A DNA stretch of 32,000 bases from an uncultured archaeon (GTDB lineage Archaea; Iainarchaeota; Iainarchaeia; Iainarchaeales; Iainarchaeaceae): assembly GCA_964577555.1 (NCBI GenBank), contig CAZNZM010000004.1, positions 23,200 to 55,199 of the forward strand, given 5' to 3'. The notes under the pieces were generated by a model. That model searched no databases and was not told the DNA's origin. It saw nothing but the letters and a program-made list of their open reading frames with translations. Shown here piece by piece: positions 1 through 11,770 of the stretch (positions within the stretch are counted from its first letter, which is position 1; each line of letters opens with the position of its first letter). Both the position numbers and the translations under genes were made by a program.

Positions 1-2752
<2,752 letters not shown>

Positions 2753-2753
<1 letters not shown>

Positions 2754-3280
2754 CAATCAAAACCCTTTGAACGCCTAATAGCCCTTATCATCGACTCAGT
2801 CCTAGAATCAGATTTATATAAAGGATCAGTTATATAAAAAATTTCCCTAGCCTTAAAAAGATCGGAAATACCTGAAATTGACTCAAAATATTTTTTCCTA
2901 ATGTCAGTATTATAAGAATCAACATCATTGTAAATGTGCCTGCTAATAAAATTAAAATTGTCGTGACCTATTATGCCGGACAAAAAATACAAATTATCAT
3001 CCTTTCTCACTTGCTCGACAAACTTCTCAAGAACCGACTTCTTAGTCAAATCAAGCTGAAGCAACGAAACAACTTCAAGCTTATAACCAAGCTTCCTAAA
3101 ATCAGCCTTCGGTCCATAACCAACAACCAAACCCTGCTTTGCAAGAAAATCAAGAGAAGACTTAACAGTAGCCTTATGATAACCAGTATATTTTTGAATA
3201 GCCCTGATATTAGGCACAACAGCACCAGGCTTCAACAAAGCAGCAAGAATATTCAACCTGACCTCGTCATCCAATTTCAT
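2753..3280 (-). CDS. Lrp/AsnC-like transcriptional regulator
   Basis: MKLDDEVRLNILAALLKPGAVVPNIRAIQKYTGYHKATVKSSLDFLAKQGLVVGYGP winged-HTH-like N terminus plus alpha/beta C-terminal domain. ORF open to 3316; the internal Met at 3280 or 3292 is the more likely start. Confidence 0.65.
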
Positions 3281-3312
3281 TACAACAGCCATAAAACAAA
3301 AATAAGTATGAT

Positions 3313-3335
3313 ACATTAAAAAGACTTTTTAATGT
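3313..3335. promoter_or_regulatory. Perfect 10-bp inverted repeat with 3-nt spacer (candidate operator)
   Basis: acattaaaaa-gac-tttttaatgt. An overlapping second inverted repeat aatgtc(3331-3336)/gacatt(3344-3349) shares one arm. Confidence 0.6.
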
Positions 3336-3364
3336 CCAAAAAAGACATTCAAAATTGGCTAATC

Positions 3365-3372
3365 TATATAAA
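3365..3372 (-). promoter_or_regulatory. Candidate archaeal TATA box for the Lrp-like/NFACT-R/CDC48 group
   Basis: Minus strand reads TTTATATA, about 30 nt upstream of the palindrome and with suitable spacing for a start site near 3340. Confidence 0.5.
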
Positions 3373-3444
3373 CTTCACAATAAGCAAAACTAATTGTAAC
3401 GAGAAAAAGGGGGAATCCAATCCTAAGAAAAAAACAGAAAAGTT

Positions 3445-3494
3445 TGGAACGGGGTTAAAGCTCACCAAGCTAAAAAAACAACAACCCCGTTCCA
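3445..3494 (-). terminator. GC-rich stem-loop downstream of the 591-aa gene (terminator or stability element)
   Basis: 12-bp perfect inverted repeat tggaacggggtt (3445-3456) / aaccccgttcca (3483-3494) with 26-nt loop. On the minus strand it is followed by AACTTTTCTGTTTTTTTC. Confidence 0.5.
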
Positions 3495-3557
3495 TCCAAC
3501 CCAAAAAAAACAACACATAATTGAAACACAAAAAGCAAAAAAAATTCAAAAATACTT

Positions 3558-5333
3558 TCAAGACTCTTTTAAATTATCATAAACTGAAACCCTGATAGAA
3601 ATCTTAACAGAATTTGACACACCCTTGTCATTAGAAACAGTAAGAAAAACATTGTGGTCACCAACATCATTAACACTAAAAGTTTTGGAAAAAGTTTTGC
3701 CTTCAACAGGCTCAGAATCATCAACCCTCCAAACCCAAGAAACAATTTTATTGCCAAGAGGATCAAAAGAATTGCTCCAAAAATCGACATCAACATCATT
3801 GCTTTCAGAAGTTATTATTACCGGATTTAGCGGAGAAAAACCTATCAAAGCAACAGGCTTCAAAGACAAAGGAGAAACAGAAACAACATCATACGGCTCC
3901 TGTTTTTTATAAACCCAAATCTTAACCTCTCTTTGAGTCCCATCCTTCAACGGCAAAGTCTTATTCACAACATACCTTTCCGCATTATCCTTTTTTGTAC
4001 CAAACTCAAACTTCTTGCCAACAACAGCATCAATCGTTGAAATTATGCTCTCTTTCAACAACGAAATGTCACAACCACCTGAACTACAATCAATAATATT
4101 TCCCTTGCTTACTCCGTCACCGCCTGCAAGCAACGCCATATGCTCCTTTATCTTGTTAATAGTTTCAGGGTTTGAATGCAAACCGGAAGAAGGAAAAGAA
4201 ACACAATTAAGTTTGCCATTACAATCAACACAATCATTCGAAGTAACACAAAGATTGCCGACAGAATCGCAAATAGGCGGAGCTCCATTGCCTTTAGGAT
4301 CGGTAAAAATCGGAACAACTCTATAATCATAATTCTTAAGAACAGAAATAGCGTGATTCACAAAAACAAGAGAACGATTGCCATTACTCAAATTACAAGT
4401 TTTATAATAAACCCTAACGTTACTGCCAGTTTCTTGATAACTATAAGGAGTATCAGACTCAGAACCAGAACTCAATTCATCAGAAGCCGGAAATATAAAA
4501 GTCACGGTTGGAAACTCCGACTCCATCCTTGCCTCTGGAACTTCCTTGGCAACATAAGCCGAAGCAGTAGCCCAATCCTCGTAAAACTCTCCTTTAAGAA
4601 TGTTCATATCTGGACTGCAATTAGACATGCAACAAATACGGGCTGGAAACTTGTCAACACCAACAAAATAAGGGCTTTGTGGGTTTTTAAGCGAATCCAC
4701 AAAATACTTATTATAAATACCAACCCCCAAAGAAGGACAAACATTGCCTGTGTTTGTCACAGGTATTTTATGGTCGGCTTCAATATAAGAACAATCAATA
4801 TCAATACTGGTACAATCAAACGAATTATTAGTATTGGTTTTTAGAATGAAAACTTTCTCTTCAAAAATAAAATCCCCCTTGGTGCGAAAAAAAGACTTTA
4901 TGTCAGGGATTATAACATTCAATTTGTCAATATCGTCACGCATGCTGTCAGAACCATCGACAATGAAATAAAGCCTTATTTTCATTTTAGGCGGAATAAT
5001 CTCCATATAATAATTTTCTTTCCCATAAATAGAGTCAAATATTTTTTCAACAATCTCCTTTCTATTAACATTTTGCCCATAATAATTGAAATCATAAGAC
5101 CATGAATATATCATGTCACCCATCAACTGTGCAACACTCATCTTAATGGTTGGTTCTTCAATCTGCAAAATCTCTCCAAAATCTGCTGAAATACGATGCT
5201 GTTCAAAAGCAATCTTATTGCTTTCAAAAACCTTTACGGCTTGGTCAAGCTGATTGAATTGAATCAAAGCCCAACCAGAAAGAAGCATGACAACAATAAT
5301 TACTATTGCAATAATATCTGAAACCGCAGACAT
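3558..5333 (-). CDS. Membrane-anchored pilin-like protein with VWA-like MIDAS and C-terminal PKD-like domain
   Basis: N-terminal hydrophobic segment MSAVSDIIAIVIIVVMLLSGWALIQFNQ; IRLYFIVDGSDSMRDD (DxSxS); C-terminal GNKIVSWVWRVDD...FSVNDVGDHNVFLTVSNDKG (PKD-like); many Cys. Confidence 0.75.
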   Translation of the reverse strand: MSAVSDIIAIVIIVVMLLSGWALIQFNQLDQAVKVFESNKIAFEQHRISADFGEILQIEEPTIKMSVAQLMGDMIYSWSYDFNYYGQNVNRKEIVEKIFDSIYGKENYYMEIIPPKMKIRLYFIVDGSDSMRDDIDKLNVIIPDIKSFFRTKGDFIFEEKVFILKTNTNNSFDCTSIDIDCSYIEADHKIPVTNTGNVCPSLGVGIYNKYFVDSLKNPQSPYFVGVDKFPARICCMSNCSPDMNILKGEFYEDWATASAYVAKEVPEARMESEFPTVTFIFPASDELSSGSESDTPYSYQETGSNVRVYYKTCNLSNGNRSLVFVNHAISVLKNYDYRVVPIFTDPKGNGAPPICDSVGNLCVTSNDCVDCNGKLNCVSFPSSGLHSNPETINKIKEHMALLAGGDGVSKGNIIDCSSGGCDISLLKESIISTIDAVVGKKFEFGTKKDNAERYVVNKTLPLKDGTQREVKIWVYKKQEPYDVVSVSPLSLKPVALIGFSPLNPVIITSESNDVDVDFWSNSFDPLGNKIVSWVWRVDDSEPVEGKTFSKTFSVNDVGDHNVFLTVSNDKGVSNSVKISIRVSVYDNLKES

Positions 5334-5756
5334 TCAAACACCTTTAAAGCAAAAATAAACCCGGCCAAGGCATTTTTGCCCCTTACTATTAATAATATTC
5401 ACGACGTAAGAATATTTCCTTTCACAAGAATCATTATTGCCTATTGCCCAAGACTTTTCACTACAACCAAGAAAATTTTCCATTTTGACAACATAACCGG
5501 AAACAACAGGAGTAGTACAATTAGAATTAATGCCAAACCTATCAAACTTGTTTTCGTCAAAAGTGCCAATGCAACGAAAAACAAAATCCCTTACTTGCCC
5601 GCTTTCCTGAAGAGGCTTTATTGAAGGAGTAAGCTGATTTACCGGAACAATAGAAGAATAACCAATATAAACAAGAAACAAAACAACAAAAACAATTATG
5701 ACAACAAGCATAAAAGTTGAAATCATAGAATAAATGCCTCTACAATCCATTGACAT
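5334..5756 (-). CDS. Small membrane-anchored Cys-containing protein, pseudopilin-like
   Basis: N-terminal helix FMLVVIIVFVVLFLVYIGYSS, then Cys-containing ectodomain. Upstream stop TGA abuts the next start (TGAATG at 5336-5331). Confidence 0.6.
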   Translation of the reverse strand: MSMDCRGIYSMISTFMLVVIIVFVVLFLVYIGYSSIVPVNQLTPSIKPLQESGQVRDFVFRCIGTFDENKFDRFGINSNCTTPVVSGYVVKMENFLGCSEKSWAIGNNDSCERKYSYVVNIINSKGQKCLGRVYFCFKGV

Positions 5757-6168
5757 CTATTCTGCCCCCGTTTTTTCTGTTCACCAAAAGCTCGGTTACA
5801 TAAGCAAGGTTAATGCTCAAATTAGAATCTGTACTGCAAAGCAAGATTCTGCATTGCATTATCTCGCCTGAATCAAAACAAATATTATTATCCCTAACCA
5901 AAAACAAGCCTTTTTCAGTCAAAGGATTATACTTATACTTGAAATTATAAGAAGCACAAGCATCATTAATCAAAGTCTGCATTTTAGTAACATCATTCTG
6001 AACCCGCTCGGCTTCAGGCCTCAAATTCTTGAAATTACCCAAAAGCCACATAGAAGCAAGCAATATAGCAGTTATAACTGCCAACCACAAAACAACATCT
6101 GACACCAAACTAGCCTTTGAATTCAAATTCAAAACATTCAAATCAGGCTTTGCACTCAATTTTAACAC
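5740..6168 (-). CDS. Small membrane-anchored protein, pseudopilin-like
   Basis: Single hydrophobic segment VVLWLAVITAILLASMWLL followed by Cys-containing ectodomain. Overlaps both neighbours. Confidence 0.6.
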   Translation of the reverse strand: MLKLSAKPDLNVLNLNSKASLVSDVVLWLAVITAILLASMWLLGNFKNLRPEAERVQNDVTKMQTLINDACASYNFKYKYNPLTEKGLFLVRDNNICFDSGEIMQCRILLCSTDSNLSINLAYVTELLVNRKNGGRIDVNGL

Positions 6169-6601
6169 CGCCCTTAACCCTTAAAAAAGAACAAGTAAAA
6201 TCAGTTACTGAAAAAGCTTCCCTGTGAAAAGTAGTGTCAAGGTTCAAATCATAATCCTGCGGAGGACAAGAACATTTTACACAATTACTACTGCCTTGAA
6301 ACTCCATACAAATTTTACTGCCAGAAGACCTGGCAAAAACAACAGAACCGCTTGCAAGAGGAAACTTTTCAGACAACAAAGTGTCAACAGCAGAATTGCA
6401 AACAAATTCGCACTTCTGCCCCATTCTTGCAAGCGAATTTTTTATTTGCTGGAGTTTTTGTTGATCAGAACCGGTAGAAACCAAATTAGCCACTATTAAA
6501 AGCCCAAAAACAGCTGTTATTACGCCAACATAGAGCCAAACAGCCTGATCCACAAAATCTCCCCAAAATGAAAGCAAATATAGACATTCATGAACATTCA
6601 A
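6143..6601 (-). CDS. Small membrane-anchored Cys-rich protein
   Basis: Hydrophobic segment LYVGVITAVFGLLIVANLV, then CEFVC...CVKCSCPP...C; overlaps the upstream gene. Confidence 0.6.
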   Translation of the reverse strand: MNVHECLYLLSFWGDFVDQAVWLYVGVITAVFGLLIVANLVSTGSDQQKLQQIKNSLARMGQKCEFVCNSAVDTLLSEKFPLASGSVVFARSSGSKICMEFQGSSNCVKCSCPPQDYDLNLDTTFHREAFSVTDFTCSFLRVKGGVKIECKA

Positions 6602-7157
6602 TGTCTATTGCACCATCGCCATCGCTGTCAAATGCACTGGAAAACCAATGAAACTTTTTATCATCATCAGACAAACCAGCATAACACCCGCCAGGCTTGA
6701 TGAATTGCATCAAAAGCTCGGTGGCTTCCTCTCTTGACTTGCCTTCTCTTTTCCAATAATTGCAAAGAAGATCCTTGCACGAAGACATATTCAAATTGGA
6801 AGAGCCGCAAGAAGTCAAAAGAGAACAATAAACCTTGTCGTCACAAACACCAACCCCTGCCTTGAAGCCAGTATTATTATACGACGGAAGAGCCCCCTGC
6901 TTCAAACGAAAATCAAAAGATTTTATGCAAAACTGCGCCAAACTATCAGCATCTCCAGCAGCACACAACCTTGAACATTCAGTCTTGCCACTGGAAATCT
7001 TGTTTTCAAAAGCGGCTTTATCCTGCTCCTCCTGAATTTTAGTGCCCTGCTCCTTGAACTGCTGAGAAACAAGCTGCAAAACCAGCATTGCAACAGCCAA
7101 AAGAACAAAAAGCACAATGAATATTTGAATTGCCATTTCCATTCCTTTCTGATTCAT
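6588..7157 (-). CDS. Pseudopilin-like Cys-rich protein
   Basis: MNQKGMEMAIQIFIVLFVLLAVAMLVLQLV class III-like N terminus; more than ten Cys in ectodomain; ATGA overlap with upstream gene (7157-7154). Confidence 0.65.
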   Translation of the reverse strand: MNQKGMEMAIQIFIVLFVLLAVAMLVLQLVSQQFKEQGTKIQEEQDKAAFENKISSGKTECSRLCAAGDADSLAQFCIKSFDFRLKQGALPSYNNTGFKAGVGVCDDKVYCSLLTSCGSSNLNMSSCKDLLCNYWKREGKSREEATELLMQFIKPGGCYAGLSDDDKKFHWFSSAFDSDGDGAIDIECS

Positions 7158-7576
7158 GTTTTTACCTCCACTTTACCTTTATCAACATTCCAATTTATAA
7201 AAAAAGTTTTTACGCTTGCTTTCTCAACATTGCCAAGCACGTTGACATCGCCAACCAAAGCAACCAAATTCTCAGGAACAATATTATACGGTTCGTTAGA
7301 ATGAACAGTAAAACAAATACCGCTATGCAAATTCACACCATAATTCTTATTATAACACTCTTTTATCAAAGCAACCACTTCCCTGTCCGAAACAGAAGTA
7401 ACATCAATAAGATCAGCTCCTGTTGGCGGCTTTTTATCCCCACCAAAAAAACCCAAAATAGAATTCTTTCCAGCACCTATAAGATCCTGACTGAAATTAA
7501 TTACAAGAGTGCCAACTACCAAAACTATGAACAAGGTTATTATCAATTGAACAGGCATCTCCATAAAAAAAACCAC
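7154..7576 (-). CDS. Pseudopilin-like protein
   Basis: MEMPVQLIITLFIVLVVGTLVINFS resembles the N terminus of the next gene (MEMAIQIFIVLF). True start may be the MEM Met at 7564. Confidence 0.6.
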   Translation of the reverse strand: MVFFMEMPVQLIITLFIVLVVGTLVINFSQDLIGAGKNSILGFFGGDKKPPTGADLIDVTSVSDREVVALIKECYNKNYGVNLHSGICFTVHSNEPYNIVPENLVALVGDVNVLGNVEKASVKTFFINWNVDKGKVEVKT

Positions 7577-7692
7577 TCAAAACAAGAATAAAACGATTTC
7601 AAAATATTTAAATTAAACGCTTAAAGAACTTTCCAAAAAAACAAACTTGTCCTATAAACAACAAAAAAATAATGACGATTAGGCAAAAAAAA

Positions 7693-8124
7693 TCAAGTTA
7701 TTTTCAACGCATGATTCCCGTTTTCATTGCAAGAAATATTTAAAATCCTTGGCAAAACAAGCGGCGGATTGTCAATCAAAATGCGACAATCAGTACAATA
7801 ATTCATTTTTCTAAAAAAATTATTCAATTTAGCTTCGTCGAGCTCCCCAATTTTGTTGCCATCAAAAGACTCGTCAAGAAGAACAACATTGCCGCAATCC
7901 TTATAAACTTCGCCAAACTGGCACTCTTGCCAACAATAATTAAGCTTTGCCGCAAACTTTGGAAAATTAACTTTGGTTAGGCTTGGTCCGTTGGCAGGAG
8001 GAATAAACATGTTCCTTACAGTATCACCAATCTTGTTAAAATCAAATTGAAAAACAAAAGCGGTTATCAAACCAGCAACTATAATAGTGAAAAAAAGAAA
8101 ACCAACAATTTCAATTGTTTCCAT
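7693..8124 (-). CDS. Membrane-anchored Cys-containing protein
   Basis: N-terminal hydrophobic segment IVGFLFFTIIVAGLITAFVF, then CWQEC...C...CTDC...C; co-directional with cluster. Confidence 0.6.
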   Translation of the reverse strand: METIEIVGFLFFTIIVAGLITAFVFQFDFNKIGDTVRNMFIPPANGPSLTKVNFPKFAAKLNYCWQECQFGEVYKDCGNVVLLDESFDGNKIGELDEAKLNNFFRKMNYCTDCRILIDNPPLVLPRILNISCNENGNHALKIT

Positions 8125-8217
8125 AACATCACTTCAACATGCTTGTAACATACAATATAATCGCTCCAAAAGCTATTACTGCAATAATAACTTCAATCAC
8201 AACCATTATTGTTTGAT

Positions 8218-10086
8218 TCACCTGACAAGCACCCCTTTGAAAATAATTTCAGTGAAAGCATAATAACCGCCAAACAACAAAGCACTATAAATCAAAAAAG
8301 AAATGGCAAGATTCTCGTAAATGGTTTTTGCAATTTTATATTTGTCCGTGCCATCCCTTATATTTGAAAGAAAAAGAGAAAGTATAATAGAAGTTTCAAT
8401 AAAATACGCGCCAACAATTATCTCAAGAATAGTAGGAGGAATTATGTCTTTTATCTTCACAAGCTCAAGATTAATAGGATTACTTCCAACACTTGTCAAT
8501 ACTTCATTAATCTTCTGCTTAATGAATTCAAGAGACATGACAATAGCAGCAGCCATTACAGTAGCAGTGGTTGCCAACAAAGGAGCCAACACCGTGACGG
8601 AAATACTTACAATAGAAACCGTTTCAGCCAAAAGAGTTTGAATATAATCATCCAACTTGTAAGTTGAAAGAGTCTGCTCCCTTATCATCTTGGCTGATTT
8701 GGCCGCGCTTTTCTGGTCAATCTCGGTAAAAATAACTATCCTCTTAATAATTTGAACCATGCGCCTTGAAGGTGCAACAGAAGGCAAAAACTTTTCAACC
8801 AAATCACCAAGAGACTTTTTGGTATTATAAAGAGCCTCTTCCAATGAAGAAATTATTTTAACAGTAGGATGCTGGCCAAAACCATGGCGTTGATAATCAT
8901 TCACAACATCCTTAAGAATACTCTCCATTGACCTGTTCAAAGAAAGATAACTTGCAAACATCTGCAAAAGGTGAGGCAAATCCCTTTCAGTCTCGTTCAT
9001 TTCAAGCCAAAGCCTTTCATTCCTCTTAGCATAAAAAAAGCAAAAAAGTTCAAAACAAAGAAAAAGACCAAAAAGCCCAAGCCAAATTTTTAAAATAGAA
9101 TCAAGAGCATACTCCCTTGCAATGCCTGAAGGAGTCTCAAGATTAATAGTAGTAATATGAAAAGCAGGAATAATCAAAGCAACCAAGCCAAGACCAACAA
9201 ACACTACATACCACCATTTAGGAATCTCTTTGAAACGAGGGCTTGTTGACAAATCAATAGTATTCACTTGAATCCTATTAGTTGCAAAATTCATGGCCAT
9301 GAAAAGCAAAAGAGTTGGAAAAAAAACCACGTAAAGAAAAATAAGCAAAGGCACATTAGCCAATTGAGGCATAAAAATTGTTATCAAAGGAAGCAAAATC
9401 AAAGACATCATTGGAATCATAACGCCGACAGAAATCAGAGTCTTGGTTTGATTTGAAAGTTTTTCAGTGAAACGCTTGCCAGCATCATAATAACTCAAAA
9501 TAACAGTTTCAATAACTTCATTAATAATAGCCTCCCTTTCAGTCTGCTGGGCAATTGCAGCAGTCTGAAGAAGATTAAGACCTTTAACAAACTCCGGATT
9601 AACCTGCAACCAAATTGGAATATAATACTCAAAAGCTTCACCAATAGTTTTATACTCTTTGGCTTCTATCTTCTCACGTATAGTCCTAAACTGCTTTCCA
9701 AGAGTACCGCCAAGACTTTCGGAAACATTCACAACAGCAGCTTCAACACTCGTATTAAGAAGAATATAATTCGACATTTCAAGTAAAGCCTGAAGCATTT
9801 CCTCCCTAAAAGCAACGATCCGCTGAGTATAATTAATGCTCAAAGCCCACAAAAAAGCCCCGGAAGCAATAATCAAAGCGCCAAAACCAAAAAGATAACT
9901 AAGCAACTGAATAGGAGTTGCAACAACAGCCAAAAACATTAAACCAAAAAAATAAATTACAATGCCAGAAGCAACTTCCTGAGAATTATAAGGAAATTCT
10001 ACCAACCTAAGCTTGTCTTCCCAACTCTGAATCCTTGATACAACCGGAAAACGCCTGCCAACCTCGTATACAAAATCAAAATACAT
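8218..10086 (-). CDS. Double-length archaeal T4P/archaellum platform protein (FlaJ/TadC/GspF-like)
   Basis: 622 aa, two halves each with cytoplasmic helices (EEMLQALLEMSNYILLNTSVEAAV; ERDLPHLLQMFASYLSLNRSMESIL) followed by membrane segments. Sits next to the ATPase. Confidence 0.8.
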   Translation of the reverse strand: MYFDFVYEVGRRFPVVSRIQSWEDKLRLVEFPYNSQEVASGIVIYFFGLMFLAVVATPIQLLSYLFGFGALIIASGAFLWALSINYTQRIVAFREEMLQALLEMSNYILLNTSVEAAVVNVSESLGGTLGKQFRTIREKIEAKEYKTIGEAFEYYIPIWLQVNPEFVKGLNLLQTAAIAQQTEREAIINEVIETVILSYYDAGKRFTEKLSNQTKTLISVGVMIPMMSLILLPLITIFMPQLANVPLLIFLYVVFFPTLLLFMAMNFATNRIQVNTIDLSTSPRFKEIPKWWYVVFVGLGLVALIIPAFHITTINLETPSGIAREYALDSILKIWLGLFGLFLCFELFCFFYAKRNERLWLEMNETERDLPHLLQMFASYLSLNRSMESILKDVVNDYQRHGFGQHPTVKIISSLEEALYNTKKSLGDLVEKFLPSVAPSRRMVQIIKRIVIFTEIDQKSAAKSAKMIREQTLSTYKLDDYIQTLLAETVSIVSISVTVLAPLLATTATVMAAAIVMSLEFIKQKINEVLTSVGSNPINLELVKIKDIIPPTILEIIVGAYFIETSIILSLFLSNIRDGTDKYKIAKTIYENLAISFLIYSALLFGGYYAFTEIIFKGVLVR

Positions 10087-10102
10087 TCCATTACTACCCC
10101 TT

Positions 10103-11770
10103 TCAATTTTTAGCCATCTCCATTACCCTTTCAGTAAACTGCTTTTTGAACTCATCCTCATTAGCTTTGCCCTGCAAAGGCTTAATCTTCTCAAAAAGAT
10201 CAACATACAAAGTATTAGCCTTCAAAACAAATTCAGCTTCAAGCTTTTGAGGCACTTCTGACATTATGTCAAAATACTTTTGCTTGGCCCAAGCCCTAAG
10301 CATAATATCAGCCAAAGCCGCATTATAATCCTTATAACCTTGGGTATGCTCAATTATTTCATTTATCACAACCGACTTGCCCTTCATAAAAACATCAGTA
10401 GGCACAAGAGTATCGCGTTTAGGATCATAAACCATCAAATCCTGGAAAACAGGTTCATCTTCCCAATCCTTAAGAACTTCAGTAACGGAAACAACACGCC
10501 TAACCCTATGCAAACCAGTAACAGTCTTTATCTGCTTCACCATTATAATCAAATCAGTAACCTTGAAAGAACCTTTTGGCACGCCAAGATCATTAACAAT
10601 CCTGTCATAAACACCATAAGGATTATCAGCATGAATTGTGCCGGCAACAGTCATGGACATGGCGCCAACCCTCATAGCCTCATACAAAACCTTCGCCTCT
10701 TTAGACCTGACTTCACCAAGAATAAGACAAGAATCACCAAGCCTCAAAGAAGTCCTCAAACCATGATCAAACGGAATTTCAAGACCCTCTTCCATCAAAG
10801 CAGACCTTACCTTAAGAGAAAGCAAATCATAACCAAACCTCTTATAATGATCAACAGGCAACTCCTGAGTATCTTCAATAGTAATAATCCTATACTTCTG
10901 CAAAATCTCAGTAATGGTTGCACCAAGCACAGAAGTCTTTCCAGACCCTCTTGGCCCTGCCACCAAAAAAGTCCTGCCATGAGCAATCACAAAAGACATA
11001 AAACCAGCAAACAAAGAATTCAAAGTATTATTCTTCATAAAAAGAGGCAAAGTCCAAGGACTCTCACGATGCTTCCTAATACTATACCCAATCCCATGAA
11101 CAGAAAACGGCGGAACAACAGCCTCAACCCTTGTCCTCACATTCTCAACATACAATTCGCCATCCAATTGAGGCTGAGCCTTGTTCAAAGGCCTGCCAGA
11201 CTCAATCTTCAAATAAGTAGCAAGATAATTCAAAAAATCAATAGAAGGATAAATGTTAGTCATGCACTCTTCAAACTCGTCATGAATCACAATCATAGGA
11301 GTCTGAAACTCTGGAGGATTAATATTAACCTCCTGAATATGAGGATCGCTCAACAAATAATCAAGAATGCCGTGCTTCTTAATCCAAATATTAAGCAACT
11401 GATCGGAAAAATCACGCCTCTCAAACTTTTCCCTAAGTTCCTTCAACTCCTCATACTTCTTGTCCAAACCAGGAATCTTAATAACATAAGCAATTCTAAG
11501 CTTGTCCTCAACATCAATTATGTCAACAGTAGCATCCTTTATATCATAACTCTTCAAAACCTTGCCTTCAAGAGGCTGTATCAACACATCAACAAAAAAA
11601 GGATAAACAACAAAATTCTTCTCCTGCAAATACTGCTGCTTCGTAAAAAGCTTGTTCTTATAAATCAAAATATCCAAATCAGGAGTTGGCTTGACACACG
11701 CATTGCACTGTGGAAAAGCAATATCATTCAAACCATCACAATTCTCACAATCCCTTATCTTATACTTCAT
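10103..11770 (-). CDS. Divergent type II/IV secretion system ATPase (FlaI/TadA/GspE-like) with N-terminal zinc-ribbon-like motif
   Basis: AGPRGSGKTSVLGATI (Walker A), IITIEDTQELP, SLRLGDSCLILGEVRSKEAKVLYEAMRVGAMSMTVAGTIHADNP; start MKYKIRDCENCDGLNDIAFPQCNAC. The ORF extends upstream to 11830, but ATG 11770 fits the gene overlap. Confidence 0.88.
   Translation of the reverse strand: MKYKIRDCENCDGLNDIAFPQCNACVKPTPDLDILIYKNKLFTKQQYLQEKNFVVYPFFVDVLIQPLEGKVLKSYDIKDATVDIIDVEDKLRIAYVIKIPGLDKKYEELKELREKFERRDFSDQLLNIWIKKHGILDYLLSDPHIQEVNINPPEFQTPMIVIHDEFEECMTNIYPSIDFLNYLATYLKIESGRPLNKAQPQLDGELYVENVRTRVEAVVPPFSVHGIGYSIRKHRESPWTLPLFMKNNTLNSLFAGFMSFVIAHGRTFLVAGPRGSGKTSVLGATITEILQKYRIITIEDTQELPVDHYKRFGYDLLSLKVRSALMEEGLEIPFDHGLRTSLRLGDSCLILGEVRSKEAKVLYEAMRVGAMSMTVAGTIHADNPYGVYDRIVNDLGVPKGSFKVTDLIIMVKQIKTVTGLHRVRRVVSVTEVLKDWEDEPVFQDLMVYDPKRDTLVPTDVFMKGKSVVINEIIEHTQGYKDYNAALADIMLRAWAKQKYFDIMSEVPQKLEAEFVLKANTLYVDLFEKIKPLQGKANEDEFKKQFTERVMEMAKN

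Noticed and set aside
3317-3557. tRNA or known ncRNA in the spacer holding the GC-rich stem
   Set aside because: The 12-bp stem is too long for a tRNA acceptor arm and no T or anticodon arm is evident, so it was kept only as a hairpin candidate.
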